The translations under genes and the position numbers were made by a program. From Octopus vulgaris (Eukaryota): a stretch of DNA of 64,000 bases. Shown here piece by piece: positions 1 to 13,171 of the stretch. Below the pieces are notes generated by a model, which had not been told where the DNA came from, did no database searches, and saw nothing but the letters and a program-made list of their open reading frames with translations. The stretch lies in contig OX597815.1 of the NCBI GenBank assembly GCA_951406725.2, positions 185,752,001 to 185,816,000 on the forward strand. Direction: 5' to 3'. The first letter of the stretch is position 1, and every line of letters begins with the position of its first letter.

Positions 1-92
1 AATTTCACAGTATGTTTACACTGAACATATATACACATTCGTGCATACATCTCTCTCTTCTATCCCCTACCCCTGTGTGTCTGTGTGTGCGT

Positions 93-861
93 CTATATAT
101 ATATATATAAATATATATGTATGTATATATAAATATATGCATGTATGTATAGAAATATAAATATATGTATATATAGAAATATATATATATGTATATATAG
201 AAATATATATATATGTATATATAGAAATATATATATGTATGTATAGAAATATAAATATATATATATATAGAAATATATATATATGTATATATAGAAATAT
301 ATATATGTATGTATAAATATATATATATATATAAATATATATATGTACGTATGTAGATATATAAATATATATGTATGTATATATAAATATATGCATGTAT
401 GTATAAATATATATATGTATGTATAGAAATATAAATATATGTATATATAGAAATATATATATATGTATATATAGAAATATATATATGTATGTATAGAAAT
501 ATAAATATATATATATATAGAAATATATATATATGTATATATAGAAATATATATATATGTATGTATAAATATATATATATATATAAATATATATATGTAC
601 GTATGTAGATATATAAATATATATGTATGTATATATAAATATATGCATGTATGTATAAATATATATATGTATGTATAGAAATATAAATATATGTATATAT
701 AGAAATATATATATATGTATATATAGAAATATATATATGTATGTATAGAAATATAAATATATGTATATATAGAAATATATATATATGTATATATAGAAAT
801 ATAAATATATGTATATATAGAAATATATATATATGTATATATAGAAATATATATATGTATG

Positions 862-902
<41 letters not shown>

Positions 903-1485
903 GTATGTAGATATATAAATATATATGTATGTATATATAAATATATGCATGTATGTATAAATATATATATGTATGTATAGAAATATAAATATATGTATAT
1001 ATAGAAATATATAGATATGTATATATAGAAATATATATATGTACGTATAGAAATATAAATATATGTATATATAGAAATATATATATATGTATATATAGAA
1101 ATATATATATGTATGTATAAATATATATATATGTATGTATATATGCATGCATATATAAATATATATATGTATATATATATATACATATATAAATACATAT
1201 ATGTATGTATATATGTATATATACATATATAAATACATATATGTATGTATATATATATATATATACATATATAAATACATATATGTATGTATATATACAT
1301 ATACATATATAAATACATATATGTATGTATATATACATATACATATATAAATACATATATGCATGTTTATATACATATACATATATAAATACATATATGT
1401 ATGTATATATACATATACATATATAAATACATATATGCATGTTTATATACATATATATATATATATATATATACATATATGTATG

Positions 1486-1519
<34 letters not shown>

Positions 1520-1692
1520 CATATATGTATGTATATATATATATATATATACATATATGTATGTATATATATATATATACATATATACATATACATATAC
1601 ATATATGTATGTATATATATATATATATACATATATACATATACATATACATATATACATATACATATATACATATACATATATACATATAC

Positions 1693-1759
<67 letters not shown>

Positions 1760-1800
1760 CATATATGTATCTATATATATATAAATATATATCTACATAT
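93..1800. repeat. Compound TA-rich micro/minisatellite with higher-order structure
   Basis: Continuous (TA)n punctuated by atagaa, gtatgtat, gtacgtatgtagat and atacat units. It produces the spurious YI-rich ORFs. Confidence 0.97.
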
Positions 1801-1877
1801 ATAGGTTTGGTGATGTTTGATAAGTACTAAAGCATGAAACAATTGGCCTTTGAGTCACTTAGTTCCTTCCCCAAAAG

Positions 1878-1913
<36 letters not shown>

Positions 1914-2094
1914 CATATACATACATGTATGCACATACACATATACACACATGCATATGAATATACATACATACATGCATTTTTAATGTATATGTGTGTG
2001 TGTGTATATATATATATTAAAAATTATATATAGATAAGAATATATCTATAAATATATACACATATCTAAATCACCGAGGAAAATGAATGTTAAA

Positions 2095-2200
2095 TGACGA
2101 TGGTCGTGATGATGATGGTGATGATAATGATTATAATGGTGGTGATGATGATGGTGGTGGTGATGGTGGTGATGATGGCGATGGTGGTGATGATGATTGT
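2095..2200. repeat. (GAT/GGT)n trinucleotide tract
   Basis: gatgatggtggtgat runs. Confidence 0.9.
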
Positions 2201-2324
2201 GATATAATGTCAGCCATCCTGGTAATTGTTCAACAGTCTTTTTTCATCTGTTATAATATCTGATATAAATGTTTGGTGGAGTCAGAATCTAACAGGCCTC
2301 AATATGCTAATTGCATTATAAGTG

Positions 2325-2361
<37 letters not shown>

Positions 2362-2401
2362 TTATATATATGTATGTATATATATATGTATGTATATATA
2401 T

Positions 2402-2797
2402 ACTCTTTACTTGTTTCTGTCATTTGACTGTGGCCATGCTGGAGCACCGTCTTTAGTCAAGGAAATCGACCCCAGGACTTACTCTTTGTAAGCCTAGTAC
2501 TTATTCTATCAATCTCTTTTGCTGAACAGCTAAGTTACAGCGACGTAAACACACCAGCATCGGTTGTCAAGCGATGTTGGGGGAACAAACACAGATACAC
2601 AAACATATACACATACATATATATACATATATACAGTGGGCTTCTTTCAGTTTCCGTCTACCAAATCCACTCACAAGGCTTTGGTCGACCCGAGGCTATA
2701 GTAGAAGATACTTGCCCAAGATGCCATACAGTGGGACTGAACCCGGAATCATGTGGTTGGTAAACAAGCTACTTACCACACAGCCACTCCTACGCCT
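2402..2797 (-). mobile_element. SINE family A (tRNA-derived head, CORE-like segment, internal TA/TG microsatellite)
   Basis: The minus strand starts aggcgtaggagtggctgtgtgg (A box) ... gggttcagtccc (B box), then a cttgggcaagt CORE-like motif, and ends tgacagaaacaagtaaagag. About 25 full or partial copies occur, e.g. near 3165-3750, 11690-12110, 14665-14950, 16315-16473, 21325-21893, 25030-25210, 39170-39860, 41430-41570, 44605-45462, 51750-52150 and 53610-54440. Confidence 0.9.
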
Positions 2798-2864
2798 AAA
2801 CATATAAACATATATACACATATATAAGTGTATACATAATTTGCAGCATATATATGTAAATATG

Positions 2865-3150
2865 ACGGACTCTCCCGTCATTAGACAATGTATGAAGGTT
2901 TGACAATTTGTTACCAAACAGACGATTTGTTTATAGTGATGAAATGTTTGTCTAGACTGAAGCTCTCTCTCTCTCCGTCAAATTGACATTACCTGTACAG
3001 GTGCAACTGGGTGCCACATGTCAGGTGTCGAAAATGATCACACAGTAACATGATTTGAAGCACATTGCTCAAGAACACAACACAATGCCCGGCCTGGGAA
3101 TTGAACCTATGATCTTGCAACTCCCTAACCACTAAGCCATGTGCCCTTAT
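2865..3150 (-). mobile_element. Older tRNA-derived SINE (separate family)
   Basis: Minus-strand head tggcttagtggttaggg...ggttcaattcc followed by gtgttcttgagcaa. The 3' part matches 18350-18513 in the opposite orientation. Confidence 0.65.
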
Positions 3151-3549
3151 TTATATATATATATTCTCTTACTATTTTATTTGCTTAGTCATTTGACTGT
3201 GGCCATGCTGGAGCACCACCTTTAGTCAAACAAATCGACCCCAGCACTTATTCTTTGTAAGTCTAATACTTATTCCATTGCTCATTTTTGTCAAACCACT
3301 GAGTAACAGGGATGTAAACACACCAACATCGGTTGTCAAGTGATGGTTGGGGGACAAACACAGACTCACAAATACATATATATATATGGAACTGAAATAG
3401 TGAGTATTAAAATAAAATTCTATGATATGGTGTGATGTATATTAGGACTTCTATCTCTAAATGACATATATTTCCTTATCGAGAATAATTCAATTTATTT
3501 GAATCCCTGTGACACCGGAATTTTTATTCCCTAATTAATATATAAATAA

Positions 3550-3589
<40 letters not shown>

Positions 3590-3779
3590 ACGACGGGCTT
3601 CTTTTACTTCCTGTCTACCAAATCCACTCACAAGGCTTTGGTCGGTCCGAGGCTATAGTAGGAGACACTTGCCACAAGGTACCACACAGTGGGACTGAAC
3701 CTGGAACCATGTGGTTGGTAAGCAAGCTACTTACTACACAGCCCCTCCTGCACTTCAAAACTATTGGTAAATATTTTCG

Positions 3780-4022
3780 CCATGTAAAAAGCACCAACCG
3801 ATCGTGGACGCTGCCAGCCTCCCCTGGCCCCTGTGCCAGTGGCATGTAAAAAGCACCCACTACACTTACAGAGTGGTTGGCATTAGGAAAGGCATCCAGC
3901 TGTAGAAACTCTGCCAGATCAGACTGAAGTCTGGTGCAGCCTCCTGGCTTCCCAGACCCCAGCCGAACCGTCCAACCCATGCTAGTATGGAAAACAGACG
4001 TTAAACGATGATGATGATGATA
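3780..4022 (+). mobile_element. Family C: RTE-type LINE 3' UTR / SINE tail ending in (GAT)n
   Basis: Sub-repeats ggtggcacgtaaaaagcacc, then ggttggcattaggaagggcatccagctgtagaaa and cgttaaacgatgatgat. Other copies lie near 4130-4595, 6690-6990, 11250-11440(-), 16090-16250(-), 19940-20310, 25235-25720, 36020-36330, 45005-45300, 49870-50155(-), 53020-53305(-) and 61935-62205. Confidence 0.85.
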
Positions 4023-4621
4023 ATATTGAAAGATGAAAGTGGAAATTTTTTTGGTATTCTTTATTCACCATTAGATATATAATATACGCACACACTTATG
4101 AGTACCCTTCATTCATTAGACAATGAACTTTGTTTGCAAAGACCTAATGAGGCAAGTGAAATCAAATCAAAATCGCTGATGTGGCCGATGACAGTGCTGA
4201 CTGATTGCCACTTGTGCTAGTGGAGTGTTAAAAGCACATCTGAGTGTAATCATTGCTAGGGCCACAGAGTGGCTCCCATGCTGGTGGCACTTGAAAAGCA
4301 CCATTCAAGTGTAGTCGTTGCAGTCCCACTGGACTAGCTCCCATGCAGGTAGCATGTAACAAAACCTTTTGAGCATGGTTGCTGCCAGAACTGCCTGACT
4401 GGCCCTCGTGCTGATAGCATGTAAATGCACTCACTACACTCTGGGAGTGATTGCCATTTGGAAGGGCATCAAGCTGTAGAAACTTTGCCAAATCAGATTG
4501 GAGACTGGTGCAGCCTTCTGGCTCACAAGTCCTCAGTCAAACCGTCCAACCCATGCCAGTATGGAAAGTGGACATTAAACGATAGTGATGATTATGACAC
4601 ACAGTTGTATATGTAATCTTA

Positions 4622-5183
4622 TCTCTTTCTTTATTGCCCACAAGGGGCTAAACACAGGGAGGACAAACAAGGATAGACAAATGGATTAAGTTGATTATAT
4701 CAACCCCAGTGCATAACTGGTACTTATTTAATCGACCCCAAAAGGAAGAAAGGCAAAGTTGACCTCGGCAGAATTTGAACTCAGAATGTAGCGGCAGACA
4801 AAATGCCTATTTCTTTACTACCCACAAGGGGCTAAACACAGAGAGGACAAACAAGGACAGACAGACAGATTAAGTCGATTATATCGACCCCAGTGCGTAA
4901 CTGGTACTTATTTAATCGACGCTGAAAGGATGAAAGGCAAAGTCGACCTCGGTGGAATTTGAACTCAGAACGTAACGGCAGACGAAATACCTATTTCTTT
5001 ACTACCCACAAGGGGCTAAATACAGAAAGGACAAACAAGGACAGATAAACGGATTAAGTCGACTGAAAGGATGAAAGGCAAAGTTGACCTTGGCGGAATT
5101 TGAACTCAGAACGTAGCAGCAGACGAAATACTGATATGCACTTTTTCCTCGCGTGCTAACATTTCTGCCAGCTCACCGCCTTG
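4622..5183 (-). mobile_element. SINE family B, tandem multimer (Meta-domain-like gcctttcatcctttcggggtcgataaa)
   Basis: One tRNA-like head (aaggcggtgagctggcagaa ... gagttcaaattcc) is followed by about three ~176-bp body units. The array is flanked by the TSD tgtatatgtaatctta (4606-4621 / 5184-5199). Confidence 0.9.
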
Positions 5184-5244
5184 TGTATATGTAATCTTAC
5201 TCTCTCTGTCTCTGCACACATGAGTGTAAGTGTAAAAGTCTGTA

Positions 5245-6690
5245 CAAGGAGAAGTCAAAAATTATCTGCACTTTTGCCATAGCTTTCTTTAGGTTGGACG
5301 CACTGCTTTCAGTGCTTGCAAACTGACAGACGTAAATGTAATTACTTAACTCTTGCAGTCACACAACCAGGAACTGACCTTGGTCAGTCTGGTCTATTTT
5401 TGTGTGTTACAGATTAAACATGGCTGCACTACTGGTAGTGTCCACTATGGAAGAACAGAGGTCAGTGATCTGCTTTCTCTGGTCTGAATGTGTGTCAGAT
5501 TGAAATTTGTTGCAGAGGCTTTCTGTACAATACAGGGACATGTAGAAGTGTGTATGACTGTATTGAAAAGTTTAAATATGTCTGGATAAGAGAGAAGCAT
5601 TGAGAGGGGCAGACACCTGTCAACATGAAGATTCGACACGCTCATGATATGGTTCTGGTGAACTGACAAGTGATCACTGATGAGGTGGCATCATCATCAT
5701 CCTCATCATTTAACATCCGTTTTCCATGCTAGCATGGCTTGGACGGTTTGACCGGGGGTCTAGGAAGCCAGAAGGCTATACCAGGCTCCAGTCTGATCTG
5801 GCAGTGTTTCTACAGCTGGATGCCCTTCCTAATGCCAACCACTCTGTGAGTGTAGTGGGTGCTCTGTACGTGCCACCGACACAGAAGCCAGTCAAGGCGG
5901 CACTGGCATCAGCCACGTTCGGATGGTGCTTTTTACGTGCCACTGGCACAGGTATCACAACTACAATTTCCATTGATTTTTGATGTTGATGTACTTGACT
6001 CAATAGGTCTCCTCAAACACAGGGTCGAAACAGTGTTTCTTTACTTGCCACCTGTACAGGAGTCAGTCCAGCGGCACTGGTAACGGCCGGGTGCCAGTCA
6101 TAGGATTTGGCTCAATTTCGATTTCACTTGCCCCAACAGGTCTTTGCAAGCAGAGTTTAGTGTCCAATGAAGGGAGGTTGACATGGGTGCCAGTTGTTGG
6201 ATGTGGTTCGATTTCAAATTCAATTTCGATTTCACTTGCCTCAACAGGTCTTCTCAAGCAGAGTTTTGTGTCCATATTCTCTGAAAATTAGTCATGGTTC
6301 TGCATATGAAATCATCCATGACAAGGTTCACTTCTGTGATGCCTGTGCAAGGTGGATGCCAAGAAGAGCTTATCAAAATATCTAAGGGCAATTGGGAGGA
6401 AACCTGTCAGTACTTATTTAACCACAACAATGGAGAAGGGGAAGTTTTCTTGGAGAATATAATCATAACTTTGAACCAGGATACAAAAAGCAAAATATGG
6501 CATGAAAACAGCCAGAAACATCAATGAAAAAGAAGGCCCTGCACTTTTTTGACCATAGCAAATCAACAACATTGTAAAAGATGTCTGAGCCAATGAAAGA
6601 GGAGGATATTCAGAAAGGGCAACATCTGGTCTGTATGTAGAGTGTTCAAATAACTCAAAACCCAATTTTCAGTGGTTTCAATGGTGTAGG
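5245..6690. pseudogene. Decayed mariner (DD34D-type) transposon, interrupted and partly inverted
   Basis: TIR-like ta|caaggagaagtcaaaaattatc. Plus-strand fragments read CIEKFK...HDMVLVN..VITDEVA, ISHGSAYEIIHDKVHFCDACARWMP (WVPxxL-like) and GEGEVFLENII. A minus-strand fragment reads GFELFEHSTYRPDVALSEY (HPPYSPDLAPSDY-like). Confidence 0.75.
5690..6270 (-). mobile_element. Family C copy inserted in the mariner
   Basis: Starts with (cat)n and contains tttctacagctggatgcccttcctaa. It splits the transposase between DEVA and ISHGS. Confidence 0.85.
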
Positions 6691-6994
6691 CAGCCATATG
6701 TGCAGGTGCCATGTAAAAAACACAGATGCTTGTGCCGCATAAAAAAGCATCCATGCTTTTGCTATGTAAATGGCACACATGGCAGCGCTATGTAAAAGGC
6801 AATGGAGCCGGTGCCATGTAAAAAGCTCCCAGCACCCTCTGCAAAGTTGTTGGCATTAGGGAGGGCATCCAGCTATAGAAACAATGCCAAAATAGACAAC
6901 AGGAGGCTGGTGTAGCCTTCTGGCTTGTTAGCTCCTGTGAAACCACCCAATGCATGCCAGCATGGAAAACAGACATTAAAGGATGATGACAATT

Positions 6995-7555
6995 CTTTCT
7001 ATGATAGACAAAAGGCCTGAAATTTGAGGAAAGGGGATGAGTCGATTACATCGACTCCAGTGTGTAACTGGTACTTATTTAATCGACCCTGAAAGGATGA
7101 AAGGCAAATCAACTCAGAACGTGATGGCAGACGAAATACCTATTTCTTTACTACCCACAAGGGGCTAAACACAGAAGGGACAAACAAGGACAGACAAACG
7201 GATTAAGTCGATTACATCGACCCCAGTGTGTAACTGGTACTTATTTAATTGACCTCGAAAGGATGAAAGGCAAAGTCGAACTCGGCTAATTTCAACTCAG
7301 AACGTAGCAGCAGATGAAATATCTATTTCTTTACTACCCACAAAGGGCTAAACACAGAGAGAACAAACAAGGACAGACAAAAGGATGAAGTCGATTATAT
7401 CGATCCCAGTGTGTAACTGGTACTTATTTAATCGACCCCGAAAGGATGAAAGGCAAAGTTGACCTCGGCGGAATTTGAACTCAGAACGTAGCAAAAGACG
7501 AAATACCGCTAAGCGTTTCGCCCGGCACTCTAATGACTCTGCTAGCTCACCGCTT
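6995..7555 (-). mobile_element. SINE family B tandem trimer
   Basis: Three copies of gaaaggatgaaaggcaaagtcgacctc...gaactcagaacgt, with the head at the right end. Confidence 0.88.
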
Positions 7556-8359
7556 TTTCAATGATGACAATGATGGGTAGTATAACACACCAATTACAGA
7601 AGAGATGAGAACGAATGTAATAGTAGGATAGAATCGCTTCAGAAGGCAGAGTAACACAGTTTGCTATGAAACTATTATCCTTATCGTAATATAGGAAATG
7701 TTCAACTAAAACATATCACCAACAATTGTACACAGGAGTGGAGGATGGAACGTGAGCCAGTAGATGAAAAAGAGAATCGCAACAATACAATATGCTGTGT
7801 AAAGTAAAATACAGAATTAACTCTTTTGATACTAACACGCTTAATACTGCTCCTGCTTTTCTCATACAAAACAGGCTATTTTGAAGTGTTTATATTTATG
7901 CTTTAGCCTGTTCTCATAATTTTATCAAAGAACATTTTTATTAAGTTATGTTCCAAGCAACAGTTTAATAATGAAGTCAGTTTTTTTTTTTTACCGTATC
8001 ATTTTATGGACAGTGAATTTCATCATAAATACAATGACGAAAGGATTAAGTGTTGAGAGATATGAAAGAAAAAGCAAGGTTTGAGATATGATTGATGAAA
8101 TAGCGAAAATAAAGTGGAGGAGATGGAGACAGGTAATTTAGGCAGAAGAGAGGAAAATAGACGGATGAAAAGAACCATAGGTGGGATTTAATGGGAGGAG
8201 TTGAGGAGTGGCAGCCAGAAAGTGAGTTTGGGAGATAACATTGAAGAATACATGAGGCCAATGGAGGGAGGAACGTGACTAGTTTGGAGCAAGGTAGCAA
8301 TGGACAGGAAGAAGTGGAAGAATGATGTGACCAACAGGAGATTGCTATATCTAAAGAAT

Positions 8360-8580
8360 CTGGCAGAAACGTTAGCCCGTCGAGCGAAATGCGTAGCCGT
8401 ATTTCGTCTGCCACTACGTTCTGAGTTCAAATTCCGCCGAGGTCAACTTTGCCCTTCATCCTTTCGGGGTCGATAAATTAAGTACCAGTTACGCACTGGT
8501 GGCAATGTAATCGACTTAATCCCTTTGTCTGTCTTTGTTTGTCCCCTCTATGTTTAGCCTCTTGTGGGCAGTAAAGAAAT
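8360..8580 (+). mobile_element. SINE family B monomer
   Basis: ctggcagaaacgttagc...gagttcaaattcc...gcccttcatcctttcggggtcgataaattaagtaccag...taaagaaat. Confidence 0.9.
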
Positions 8581-8831
8581 ATATATCTTAAGAATAAAGA
8601 CAGCACACACAGACACACACACTATTTGTGCCAAAATTTGAAATCAATATTGTTATCAACATTACGCCATCAATGTAAAGTGCTTACTTTAGTATTTCTT
8701 ATTTAACACTAGCTGAATGATAACTAAGTTATATTACTAAATTCTTTGTTATATGTAAAATGAATTGAAAGAAACACAGAGCATCTCAAAAAAAATATGG
8801 TAACAAAAGGGTTAACAAATGATTAATCTAA

Positions 8832-9051
8832 CCCTTTTGATACCAATCCACCTAAAACCACCTCTGGTTCTGTAGTACAAATGTCTTGTTTCCATAAATT
8901 TTGAATTAAAATCTTCCACCAAACCTTAGTCACAATTTATGTTCCTAACACTAGCTCAATGATAACCGAGTTATTTTACTAAATTTTTTGTTATATTTAA
9001 AATTAATTGAAAAAAACAGAGCATCTCAACAGAAATATGGTAACAAAAGAG
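8832..9051. mobile_element. piggyBac-like MITE
   Basis: cccttttg...caaaagag|ttaa termini, about 220 bp. A partial copy lies at ~8700-8815. Confidence 0.75.
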
Positions 9052-9210
9052 TTAAGGAGTGCAGTGGGTGCTCTGTATGTGGCATTAATACTGGTACTTT
9101 GTATGAGGCACCAAGTAAATTGCAAGACAAAAAGCCCTCAGCTGGGAGATGGAAAAGTACTGAAGGAAGTGTCTTTGTGCAGGTTGAGAGATTAACACTT
9201 TAGCATTTAA

Positions 9211-9433
9211 CCCTTTTGATACCAACCTGACTGAAACCACCTCTGGTTCTGTAGTACGAATGTCTTGTTTGCAAAAATTCTGAATTAAAATCTTCCACCA
9301 AACCTGAGTCACAATTTATGTTCCTAACACTAGCTTAATGATAACTAAGTTATTTTAATAAATTCCTTGTTATATTAAAAAATTAATTGAAAGAAACACA
9401 GAGCATCTTGAAATAAATACAGTAACGAAAGGG
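9211..9433. mobile_element. piggyBac-like MITE
   Basis: TTAA|cccttttg ... gaaaggg|TTAA, with TSDs at 9207-9210 and 9434-9437. Confidence 0.85.
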
Positions 9434-10149
9434 TTAAGGTGTAAACCAGCAATCAAAAACGTTTGCCCTTGTGATTTGTTGATGGTCGTGGAAAAACTAA
9501 GACTTGCTGGAAATTAAAGTTGTTTGAAATGAAATGAGATGAGATATCGTCACCTGAGTCTGTGCTATGGAAGCGCTTGAGTGCATTCCATTGAAACAAA
9601 TGCATCCTATGCTCAGGTCACCTCAAAGAACAAGAACTGATATCAACATGGTATCAAAGAACTGGCAGAAATGTGGCTTCAGATGACACAAGACGATGGC
9701 CTCTACTTTGTATGCTAGACTGCTTTTGTTGTAACTTGACAGACAAAACAGGTAAGTTACCAAAATATAGTAAAATTTTTGACTCAATACAATATAAACA
9801 TATACACGCTCAGCATACAAAATGTACGTATACAAAGAGAGAGGGGGAGAGAGAGTGTGGTAAATATAGACAGAGAGGGAGAGATTTTACATTGAGAAGG
9901 CATAAAAGGCACAGAGAGAGGTGGAGTTACATAGACATCTAACTGACTTGCATTATATGAGATATAGAGAAGGAGAGGAGCATGAATGAGGGATATACAT
10001 ATAAAGGGAGAGTGAGAGTGTGTGGTAAATGTAGAGAGAGAGAGAGGGGGGGGGAAACATAAAAGACAGATAGATAAAGAGAGAGAGGTAGATAGGCAGA
10101 GAGTTATAGCATGCAATGCAAATACATTCAGGTAATCATGAGCTGAATG

Positions 10150-11230
10150 TTAGTGAGCTGAAATTGTGTTATTTCTCAGTACAAAATATATTTTTTGATT
10201 ACTAATAATCTAAAGCTTTTCCCTTGGGAAGCAAATTTGGAAAATCAAATTCGTTTTTCTCTAGGACACAGTTTTAAAGACTTTTGATGACATATATAAA
10301 TACATACATAAATGCACACTCGTTTACATAGTTGATTATCATTAGTTTGCTCAGAGCATCAACAAGCCTGATGAATTATCAGACATGTGAGTGATTTCAA
10401 CATCTGAAACTTTATTGGGTTAATATCAAAGACCACCTTGCAATTCACAGAAAAAAATCCCCTTTATGATTCAAGCTTGGTCAAAGGATGAATTGTAATG
10501 GCTGATGACTAGAATCCAGCGTGAAAGATTTTCCTCATAGAAAAGGTTTCATTCTTTGGAGATTACATCAGAATTACCTTCTTCAACATCTCCAATATCT
10601 TTGAAAACTATCGCATTTATGATTAACATTTCGGCTAGGCTTTCCATTTTGAGATAATATTCTTGCTGTGACCAATTGTATGACATCAAAAGTAACAGCT
10701 GTTTCACACACAGTAGAGAACATTGCTAAAAAAATGTATTGTGTATGAATTTCTTTTGTCTTCTTAAAAACCTGCTCTTGGTGCATTTCTCAAAAATATT
10801 CTTTTCACTGCAATATGAGGTCTGCAACATTTGGTAAAAACTGACAATAGAAGTTAACTAATCATAAATATTTTGCAGATTCTTCTTTCAATTTAAGGAT
10901 AATATTCCATTGGAATTCTCTATCAGATAATCGTTAGATCACATCCATTCCCAGGGAATCTATGGAAGATAAATAATTAATGCATTTGTTTAGATTAATC
11001 AATGCATCAACTTCTTTCAATTTCCTTTCAATAACTGCATTTTTTTTTCACTGCTTCAGTTATTTAAAGTTGCTGTAAAAATTGGTATGTCATGCGGATA
11101 GATAAAATATAATTCTTTTCAATGGAAACTTAACACAATGTGGTGGAAATGGAGCTGCTATTTTAAAGAGCCATTAACCAAGTGAAGACCATTGTGGGTA
11201 TTTATTGCATGCAATATATTCTCTAAACCA
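10150..11230 (-). pseudogene. Heavily decayed Ty3/Gypsy pol (RT-RNase H)
   Basis: Ordered minus-strand remnants AINTHNGL, YPHDIPIF (YLDDILIF-like), INLNKC..IDSLG, LVNFYCQFLPNVADL, QEQVFKKTKE and VTFDV..ILSQNGKP, with many stops and frameshifts. Possible integrase traces extend to ~9480. Confidence 0.65.
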
Positions 11231-12137
11231 GTCTGGCAATCACCACCATTATCATCATCATTTAATGTCTGTTTATCTATGTTGGCATGAGTTGGACGGT
11301 TTCGACAGCCACTGGCAAAGTCAGAAGCAGTACTAGGCCCCAATGTTCGTTTTGGCATGGTTTCTACATGTGGATGCCCTTCCTAACACCAACCTCTTTA
11401 CAGTAAGTACTGGGTGCTTTTTACATGACTCCAACACCGACAAGGTTAATAAAAATCTTGCAAAAAAATTCATATAAAATAAATAAATAAATAAATAAAA
11501 ATTCTGGAAATATCTTTACTGCTTGAATATCACTGGAAGTTTTCTCTAGATGAAGAGCTAAATGAGAAAGTATTTCACTCTTATCTTTTAAATGGTTTGC
11601 TTTTGTTTTTCACTGGTTTGCTTTCGTAATTTTCTTTATCCTCAAACAAGAGGGTGTTGTTAAAATTTTCATAGGTACTTGTTACAGTCATTACACTGTG
11701 GCCATGCTGGAGCACCACCTTGAACAATTAATTTTAGTCAAATGAATCGGTTCCAGTACTTACTTATTTGTTTCAGCTAATACTTATTCTTTTGGTCACT
11801 TTTGCCAAGCTGTTAAGTTATAGGGACATAAACAAACAATCACCAGTTGTCAAGTAGAGGGTGGGGGCCAAACACAGACACAAAGACATACACACACACA
11901 CTTATATCCATACTATATAAAACAAGTTAAATATAATGGTCATTATATATATATATATACAATGAGCTTCTTTCAGTTTCCCTCCACTAAATCAACTCAC
12001 AAGGCTTTGGTGGGTCCAAGGCTATAGTAAAAAAGAACTTACCCAAGGTGCCACTGAACTCAGAATCATGTGGTTGGGAAGTGAGCTTCCTACCATATAG
12101 TGACACCTGCGTCTCTCTCTCCTATATATATATATAT

Positions 12138-13171
12138 TGTTGTGGTTCGGCTGGTACAGTATTTCTTGACCTACTTTGTTGAGAGTGGAGTCGGGAAGTC
12201 TACAGTACAAAATTATAGTCCTTTGTTTACGGAAGACTGATGGCTTTTGGAAGGACCTTTGGCGTTGTGCCGGTCGATTAGGGGTCAGAGAGATGTGAGG
12301 GCCGAGGAAGACAGATTAAGGAATCTGAGAGCTGTCGTGAGAGAGTGACAGCGACAGCGTCGATGAAGATAGGCACATAGGACCAAGAGCAGATAGGGAG
12401 AGTATTAGCAGAGCTAAGAGAGGGATTGAGGGTGGTGAGAGAGCAAGAGGTTTTGGACAGTCGGAATTTGGTCGTCAAAGCGAGCGGTTGGGATTTTAGG
12501 AGCGAGGATTTGGGAATTCGGGGCAAGAGTTTGGCAAGTTGGAGCTAGCGGTACTGAGAGAGATGAGGTGCAATATGGGACACTGGCTATTCTAGTAGGA
12601 ACTAAAGGTACGTGAATTGTGTATTGATATGTGAAGAAAAAGAAGGAAAAAGAATCGATGTATCGAAATGTTGAAAAGAAATGAGACATTTAATGAACAA
12701 TGTGAACTGTTGTGAATTGAGTAAAGGACTTGTTGATGTGTTTTGAAACAGAACTGGGTCTCCGGACGTGTACTCTTGAAATGCTGTTGTTATTGAACTT
12801 GATGTGTTGTTACCGGACTGTTATATTGTATCTGCATGTTTAAATGCTTTGATCTGTGGTATACCTGTATGATGTATTGAATTTGATGTGTTGTTACTTG
12901 CATGCTTAAATGCTTTGATGTATCTTGATATGTAATTGATGTTGTAACAATTGATTGTCATATAAACTAGTTGTTAAATGTAAGCCAGTTGCCTTGCCTC
13001 TTTGTGTCTCTCTCGGTGTCTCTTCCTGCGGCTGCTGTTGTTGTTGTTGTATCTCTCTCTCTCCTCTCCGACGAGTTTCCATGGCGAAAACATTCGCTGC
13101 ATCGAACAGGCCTGTGTGAGGGATTCTGTAACAGCTTTTCGTTCGTTCGAATCGGAGGTCCCCTCGTAACA
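12138..13171. mobile_element. Probable solo LTR (~1.03 kb) in a (TA)n tract
   Basis: Sharp TGTT...AACA termini with atat on both sides. It is richer in CpG than its flanks and has no coding capacity. Confidence 0.55.

Noticed and set aside
5-1830. 400-540-aa YI-rich ORFs
   Set aside because: They are translations of (TA)n satellite that happens to lack stops.
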